From: a virus
Taxonomy: Duplodnaviria; Heunggongvirae; Uroviricota; Caudoviricetes
IMG/VR virus record: IMGVR_UViG_3300048850_000064
Span: 103,743-115,768 of that record
Length of the DNA stretch: 12,026 nt
Reading direction: 5' to 3' (one strand)
Both the position numbers and the translations under genes were made by a program. The notes beneath the pieces were generated by a model, which was not told where the DNA came from, searched no databases, and saw nothing but the letters and a program-made list of their open reading frames with translations. This document shows, piece after piece, positions 7,337 to 12,026 of the stretch (its first letter is position 1; every line of letters begins with the position of its first letter).

Positions 7337-7743
7337 TCTGGGATATCATCGAGCAGAAGCTCGCTGCGGCCGAAATTGCCTCCGAGGCGGAGGGCACGCT
7401 GTTCCTCGACGAAATGCCGGCCGACGTGCGTGTCGGCGTCCTCCTGAAGTCGCCGCTGACCGGCATCCGCTTCGATCCACACATGCCCGGCTATCACAAG
7501 CCGCGCCTGCAGGTGATCGTGCGCCATACCGATCCGGTCGAAGGCGCTGCGATGGCCGCGGCCGTCATGCGGGCGCTGATCATTCCGGGTGTCGAGAACT
7601 ATCCGGCCACCGTCGAGCGCGGCGCCGTGCAGCTCAATCTGTTCTATCCGGATGCATTGCCGATCCGTTATCCAAGACTTGACGGCGACACGATCGAGTG
7701 GAGCTGCAATTTCAATACGTCCTTTTCGATACAGCCGCAGTAA
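7333..7743 (+). CDS. Tail terminator / tail completion protein (putative)
   Basis: 136 aa directly before the tail tube gene; LFLDEMPADVRVGVLL...LQVIVR pattern typical of tail terminators. Confidence 0.65.
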   Translation: MIWDIIEQKLAAAEIASEAEGTLFLDEMPADVRVGVLLKSPLTGIRFDPHMPGYHKPRLQVIVRHTDPVEGAAMAAAVMRALIIPGVENYPATVERGAVQLNLFYPDALPIRYPRLDGDTIEWSCNFNTSFSIQPQ

Positions 7744-7759
7744 AGTCATTACTGACTTG
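7742..7759. promoter_or_regulatory. Palindromic site 4: AAAGTCA-TTAC-TGACTTG
   Basis: Overlaps the TAA of the upstream gene and the putative -35; same TTAC spacer as site 1. Confidence 0.8.
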
Positions 7760-7786
7760 CTTCAAGGCTTCCGTTCGAGGTAAGAT
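7757..7786 (+). promoter_or_regulatory. Putative sigma70-type promoter of the tail tube gene (TTGCTT-N18-TAAGAT)
   Basis: Same CTTGC...N18...TAAGAT geometry as 2436-2465 despite a different spacer sequence. Confidence 0.5.
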
Positions 7787-7814
7787 ATTGGTCAGTCACC
7801 AATGACTTTACCTT
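7778..7814 (+). repeat. 37-bp exact direct repeat, copy 2
   Basis: Identical to 2457-2493; flanked by a different outer stem CTTCCGT (7768-7774) / ACGGGAG (7816-7822). Confidence 0.97.
7792..7809. promoter_or_regulatory. Palindromic site 5: TCAGTCA-CCAA-TGACTTT
   Basis: Identical to site 2; starts 6 nt after the putative -10. Confidence 0.8.
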
Positions 7815-7830
7815 CACGGGAGTAACAATC

Positions 7831-8346
7831 ATGCCTTCGAGCACCGAAAACGTTAAGCTCGGCGTCTGCACCGTTCTGTTCAACGAGGTCGACCTCGGCT
7901 TCACGAAGGGCGGTGTCGAAGTCGAAGTTGCCACCAACACCCACGAAGTCACCGTCGACCAGCTCGGCGAAACTCCGATCGACGAAATCATCACCGGCCG
8001 CACGGTCACGGTGACGGTTCCGCTCGCCGAAACGACCCTCGAGAACCTGGTCAAGATCATGCCGGGCGCGACGCTCGTCACCGACGGCACGACCCCGACC
8101 AAGAAGAAGGTCGCTGTCTCGACCGGCGTGTCGCTGTCGCTGCTCGACCTCGCCCAGAAGCTGGTGCTGCGCCCGAAGGGCACGACCGGCGCCGAGGACT
8201 TCACCGTCCTCAAGGCAATGACCGCCGGCGCGATCTCGTTTGCCTACAACACGGACACCGAGCGTGTCTTCAATGTGACGTTCAAGGGTTACGCCGACGC
8301 AGCCGGCAACCTGTTCTCCGTCGGCGACGACACCGCAGTTGCGTAA
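7831..8346 (+). CDS. Major tail (tube) protein
   Basis: 171 aa, T/V-rich beta protein (DLGFTKGGVEVEV, VTVTVPLAE, ERVFNVTFKGY); SD GGGAG 7818-7822; precedes chaperone and tape measure genes. Confidence 0.88.
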   Translation: MPSSTENVKLGVCTVLFNEVDLGFTKGGVEVEVATNTHEVTVDQLGETPIDEIITGRTVTVTVPLAETTLENLVKIMPGATLVTDGTTPTKKKVAVSTGVSLSLLDLAQKLVLRPKGTTGAEDFTVLKAMTAGAISFAYNTDTERVFNVTFKGYADAAGNLFSVGDDTAVA

Positions 8347-8356
8347 GGTCGGATAA

Positions 8357-8374
8357 TCAGTCATAAATGACTGA
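8357..8374. promoter_or_regulatory. Palindromic site 6: TCAGTCA-TAAA-TGACTGA
   Basis: Perfect inverted repeat extending to 8 bp (8356-8375), starting 11 nt after the tail tube stop. Confidence 0.8.
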
Positions 8375-8409
8375 TCGCTCTGGAAACAGGGCGGTCAGTC
8401 TTTTTGTTT
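8369..8409 (+). terminator. Intrinsic terminator after the tail tube gene
   Basis: 14-bp stem GACTGATCGCTCTG-GAAA-CAGGGCGGTCAGTC (two G-U pairs) followed by TTTTTGTTT. Confidence 0.85.
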
Positions 8410-8430
8410 GGACAAAGGAAATAGCACCGT

Positions 8431-8808
8431 ATGACCACCAAGTTCCTCGATCTCGATGCAGTCTCCTCCGATGCCGAGTTCTCGCTGAAGCTGAACGGCA
8501 AGGAGCACGCGCTCAGTGAACCGAGCGTCGATACCTTCATCACCAATATGCGTGAGCTGGAAACCCTGTCTCTGAACGCCTCGCCGCGCGAAGAGATCGA
8601 GATGTCCATCCGCATGATCCAGCGCTCGTTCCCGACCATTCCGGAAACCGAGCTGCGCGCGCTGAAGCTCACCCAGTTGAAGGCGATCGGCGACTTCGCC
8701 CGCCAGGCTTCCGGCCAGGATGCGAAGTCCGAGATCGCCTCTGACGGCGCTGAAGCGGGCGAGGGGGCTGCCGAGGGCGCCGAGGGAAACGTAGTCGCGG
8801 CGAGCTGA
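8431..8808 (+). CDS. Tail assembly chaperone (gpG-like)
   Basis: 125 aa between tube and tape measure genes; slippery heptamer near its 3' end. Confidence 0.8.
   Translation: MTTKFLDLDAVSSDAEFSLKLNGKEHALSEPSVDTFITNMRELETLSLNASPREEIEMSIRMIQRSFPTIPETELRALKLTQLKAIGDFARQASGQDAKSEIASDGAEAGEGAAEGAEGNVVAAS
8784..8790 (+). other. Programmed -1 ribosomal frameshift site G-GGA-AAC
   Basis: In-frame X XXY YYZ heptamer; the -1 frame is open from here to TGA 9168-9170. Confidence 0.85.
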
Positions 8809-9170
8809 AGTCGATCGACTTCGGTCTTCTGTTCGCCCGCATAGTCAAGCACTTCGGCTTTCGCCACGAGGATGTCCTGGCGATGCCGATCAAGCGGTTC
8901 TGGTTCTACCACAAGCAGGTCGACCGGCTCGCCGCTGAAGAAGATCTGCGAATGCTCAATCTGCTTGCCGCCGTGACCTCGAGCGAGGCCTACGGCAATA
9001 CGGTCGAGAAGCTTCGCAGGAGCATGGGCGAGATCTACGTGATGATGCCGGTCCAGAACACGCTGGTCGTGGTCGACGGCAAGGTCGAGGAGCTCGATCC
9101 GGAATACGACAGGGGTGCTCTGCTCGCGCTCAAGCGACATTGCACGCGCAAGGTGGAAAGTCAGGAGTGA
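8790..9170 (+). CDS. C-terminal part of the gpGT-like frameshift fusion (join 8431-8790, 8790-9170; about 246 aa)
   Basis: -1 frame reads RSRGELKSIDFGLLFARIVKHFGFRHEDVLAMPIKRFWFY..., continuous with track ORF 8883-9170. Confidence 0.78.
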   Translation, partial: RSRGELKSIDFGLLFARIVKHFGFRHEDVLAMPIKRFWFYHKQVDRLAAEEDLRMLNLLAAVTSSEAYGNTVEKLRRSMGEIYVMMPVQNTLVVVDGKVEELDPEYDRGALLALKRHCTRKVESQE

Positions 9171-9174
9171 CTGA
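9157..9174. promoter_or_regulatory. Palindromic site 7: AAAGTCA-GGAG-TGACTGA
   Basis: Spacer is the tape-measure SD (GGAG 9164-9167); right arm contains the GT stop codon TGA 9168-9170. Confidence 0.75.
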
Positions 9175-9177
9175 GCA

Positions 9178-12026
9178 ATGGCAGCGATTCGCGTTGAGCT
9201 AGAACTGGTCGACGGTCAGTTTCAGACCCGCATGATGCATGCGGGCCAGACGCTCGCGCAGTTCAACAAGGCGGTCGCTGCCTCTACTCCCGACCTCGCC
9301 AAGATGGCCGACCAGGGCCAGAACGTCGTCAAGTCGATCAGTCTTGCCGATCGTTCCTCCCGGGGCTTTCTCTCGACGCTGCGCGACGTGGCGATCGTTT
9401 CCGGCGTCGTCTCCGTCGCCTTCGGCAAGCTCGCCAATATCCAGTCGACCTGGGTTGGCGACATCGTCCGAATCAACTCCGAGTTCGAGCGGCTGAACTA
9501 TCAGATGCGCTCCATGTCGACCGCTGCCGACCCGATCAAGGAAGCCGGCGACAACGTCCGTTACCTGCGCGAGCAGGCGCTCGACATGCCCTTCAAGCTG
9601 TCGACCATCAACAACGCCTTCGTGAAGCTGAAGGCGACCGGCACGGATCCGCTCAACGGTTCGCTGCAGTCGCTCGCCGACGGCGTCGCGGCCTTCGGTG
9701 GCACCGACGAATCCTTCAACCGCGTCGTGCTCGGCATCAGCCAGATGTCGGGTAAGGGCGTGATCCAGATGGAAGAGCTTCGCCAGCAGCTCGGCGAGCA
9801 GATGCCGACGGCCGTTGCCATCATGGCGCGCTCGATGGGCGTATCCATGTCGCAGCTCATCAAGGACATCTCGACCGGAACGGTCAACGCCAAGGAGGCG
9901 CTGAGCCTGTTCTTCGCCGAGCTCGACCGCTCCTATGGTGGCCGCGCCCGCTACATGATGGAGACCTTCTCCGGTCAGATCAGCCGCGTTCACACCCAGC
10001 TCCAGAACCTCGCGCTCGTCGTCGGCGGCATGGATGATGCCGGTGGCTACCAGGCCGGCGGGTTCATGGATACGCTGCGCACCCAGCTCAAGGACATCAA
10101 CGAGCTGCTTGGCTCGCAGATGGGCAAGGCGCTCGCCCGCGAGCTCGGCGAGGCACTGACCTCGATCGTCGAATTCACCCGCTCGGGCATCGAGACGCTG
10201 ATCGAATACCGCGGCGAGATCATGCGCTTTGCGACGATGGTCGCCGGCGCCTTCGTCTTCAAGACGGCGATCAGCGGCATCACCAATATGTCGATGGCGC
10301 TCGTCGAATGGGTGCAGAAGGTGCGGCTCGCGCATCTCGCCTGGCAGACCTATTCGACCGCGCTCACCGGCCGCGGCTTCCTCAACGCTCTTGCCCAGAC
10401 CGCCTCGGCGCTGGCGCTGACTGCGGCTGCGGCAACCCCGGCGATCGTCGGCGTCGGCCTCGCCGTCTATGGCGTCGCCGAATATTTCGACCTGTTCGAC
10501 GACAAGGGCAAGGATGCGATCGAGACGCTGAAGAACTTCGGCGCCACCTCGCGCGAGCAGATGGACCTCGCCAGCGATGCCGTCAGGCGCCAGGAAGAGG
10601 AGTTTAAGAAGCTCACCGACGAGCGCGAACGCTATATCCGCAACGCCGCCCGCATGTCGCTTCCGGGACTGACCGCCCGGCGCAAGGGCATCACGCGCGA
10701 AGAGGCCTACCAGCAGGCGGCAGAGGAAGCCGCAAAGGCCTTCGACGCGGAGAACGGCTATGCCGAAAAGCGCGCCGAGATCGACGCCAACCGGGCGATG
10801 ATCACCCAGCGCAGCACCGAATTCCAGGCCGAGCAGCAGAAGAAGTATGTCGACGGCGTGCTTGACGGTCTCGATGACCTGCAGCGCGCCCATCAGGCGA
10901 CCTACAACCGGCTGCAGATCGACACCCAGGACAAGTGGGACAAGCGCGTTGCGGCCGCCCGTGTCGCCGGCGAGGCGATTTCCGAACTCGAGAAGGAGCG
11001 CGGCAAGGAACTGCTCGACAACCAGCGCAAGCTGCTCGAACAGCAGGAAAAGGAACTGCGCGACGCGCTCGCCGGTCAGGAGCGTCTGTTTATCGAAAAT
11101 GGCAGCGGCGGACATAAGGCCGCGGCCGACGCGATCACCGAGCGTCTTGCCCGCACCATCGAACAGCGCCAGCAGCTTGCAGAAATCACGGCCGGCACGC
11201 CGATGATCCCGGGCGCTGCCAACGACAAGGAGCGCTTCGAGAAGGGTCAGAAGCACCTCGAGCGCCTGAAGGCGGAAGTCGCCGGTCTCCAGGCCTCGCT
11301 CTCCGGTGCCAACGCCGAAGTCGTCGAGCTGCAGGAGCTGCTTACGCGCTCGCAGAAATACGGTCACCTCGAAGCCGAGGGCGTGCAGGAGCTGATCGAC
11401 AATCTTGTCGAGGCGCAGGCCCAGAAGGAACTGCTCGACGAGCTGATGGGCGGCAAGAACAAGCTCGAATCCGATATCGAGCGCGTTCGCATGAACAATA
11501 TCGAGCGCGAGATGGAGCTGCGCGAGAAAGCGCTCGGCCGTCAGCTCTCGGAAGCCGAAAAGATCAAGATGCGGATCCAGGAAGGCTACTATGCCGGCTT
11601 TGGCCCGCAGTCGCAGACCCAGAAGTGGCTGGAGCTGACGATCCGCACGCTGGGCGCACAGGGTGAAACCGCCGCCGAAAGCGGGCGCGTGCTGCGCGAG
11701 AACATCTTCGGCGATCAGACCCGGCAGAGCATCCGCACCACGGCCGACGAGCTGCGCAACATTGCCACGCTGCTCGGCCAGATCGGCGAGCAGGCGGGTG
11801 GCATCAGCTTCAACGGTTTCGCCGGCGCGCAGTTCAGGGCGGGCGGCACGGGTCCGGCAAGCTTCCAGTCCTTCGCCGGCGCCGGCTCTGTCATGGAAAC
11901 GGCCGGCCGCTTCCAGGGCATGAATGAATCGACCGACCGCAACACGCTGTCGCAGTTCTTCAAGGAAGCCGGTCAGAACGTCGATCCGGAAATGACCGCC
12001 TGGTGCGCAGCCTTCGTCAATGCGGT
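9178..12026 (+). CDS. Tail tape measure protein (3'-truncated, at least 949 aa)
   Basis: ATG 9178; frame open to the window end. Contains the tape-measure N-terminal motif PFKLSTINNAFVKL...QMSGKGVIQMEELRQQLGE, hydrophobic segments near 10220-10490, long coiled coil, and terminal TAWCAAFVNA. Missing from the ORF track because its stop is outside the window. Confidence 0.92.
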   Translation, partial: MAAIRVELELVDGQFQTRMMHAGQTLAQFNKAVAASTPDLAKMADQGQNVVKSISLADRSSRGFLSTLRDVAIVSGVVSVAFGKLANIQSTWVGDIVRINSEFERLNYQMRSMSTAADPIKEAGDNVRYLREQALDMPFKLSTINNAFVKLKATGTDPLNGSLQSLADGVAAFGGTDESFNRVVLGISQMSGKGVIQMEELRQQLGEQMPTAVAIMARSMGVSMSQLIKDISTGTVNAKEALSLFFAELDRSYGGRARYMMETFSGQISRVHTQLQNLALVVGGMDDAGGYQAGGFMDTLRTQLKDINELLGSQMGKALARELGEALTSIVEFTRSGIETLIEYRGEIMRFATMVAGAFVFKTAISGITNMSMALVEWVQKVRLAHLAWQTYSTALTGRGFLNALAQTASALALTAAAATPAIVGVGLAVYGVAEYFDLFDDKGKDAIETLKNFGATSREQMDLASDAVRRQEEEFKKLTDERERYIRNAARMSLPGLTARRKGITREEAYQQAAEEAAKAFDAENGYAEKRAEIDANRAMITQRSTEFQAEQQKKYVDGVLDGLDDLQRAHQATYNRLQIDTQDKWDKRVAAARVAGEAISELEKERGKELLDNQRKLLEQQEKELRDALAGQERLFIENGSGGHKAAADAITERLARTIEQRQQLAEITAGTPMIPGAANDKERFEKGQKHLERLKAEVAGLQASLSGANAEVVELQELLTRSQKYGHLEAEGVQELIDNLVEAQAQKELLDELMGGKNKLESDIERVRMNNIEREMELREKALGRQLSEAEKIKMRIQEGYYAGFGPQSQTQKWLELTIRTLGAQGETAAESGRVLRENIFGDQTRQSIRTTADELRNIATLLGQIGEQAGGISFNGFAGAQFRAGGTGPASFQSFAGAGSVMETAGRFQGMNESTDRNTLSQFFKEAGQNVDPEMTAWCAAFVNA

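Larger units (their letters stand above)
1..12026 (+). mobile_element. Head-neck-tail morphogenesis module of a siphovirus-type phage/prophage, resembling SSU5/pHCM2-like phage-plasmids
   Basis: Canonical order portal-scaffold-capsid-adaptor-closure-neck-terminator-tube-chaperone-tape measure, all on +. Motifs recalled as similar to SSU5-family proteins: portal RFNHTRE, capsid MPLL..EAEKLS, tube KLG.C.V.F..VDLG.TKGGV.VEVAT, tape measure QMSGKGV..MEELRQQLGE. Family assignment is from memory. Confidence 0.9.

Noticed and set aside
8883-9170. Stand-alone 95-aa gene
   Set aside because: No evident SD; the frame is open back to the GGGAAAC slippery site, so it is better explained as the T part of the GT fusion.
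2409-9174. CRISPR array, iteron or att/recombination-site interpretation of the repeats
   Set aside because: Copies are dispersed at gene junctions with no regular spacers or tandem period; there is no recombinase gene or sign of inversion, and all genes stay on one strand.
1082-11367. Long minus-strand ORFs (1082-2416, 2525-3397, 4374-5849, 8361-9140, 9199-11367 and others)
   Set aside because: Shadow ORFs opposite well-supported plus-strand genes; expected from high GC3 codon bias; no recognisable motifs.

Overview
The whole window is a contiguous plus-strand virion morphogenesis module of a long-tailed (siphovirus-type) phage or prophage, about 64-65% GC by eye. Gene order: portal (5'-truncated), scaffold, major capsid, glutaredoxin, multi-domain accessory protein, head-tail adaptor, putative minor capsid protein, head closure, HK97 gp10-like neck, tail terminator, tail tube, tail assembly chaperone G/GT (-1 frameshift at GGGAAAC), and tape measure (3'-truncated, missing from the ORF track). 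From memory, not a database search, the proteins and their order resemble SSU5/pHCM2-type phage-plasmids; the host is probably a high-GC alphaproteobacterium (inference). The most striking content is non-coding. A palindrome AGTCA-N4-TGACT occurs 7 times, always at gene junctions. An exact 37-bp repeat lies upstream of both the capsid and tail tube genes, inside long hairpins with different outer stems and overlapping matching promoter-like elements. The palindrome also overlaps a promoter spacer, a terminator stem and the tape-measure Shine-Dalgarno. A separate array of hairpins with a shared loop precedes the scaffold gene. Together these suggest a dedicated regulatory circuit for virion genes whose trans-acting factor is not identifiable in this window.
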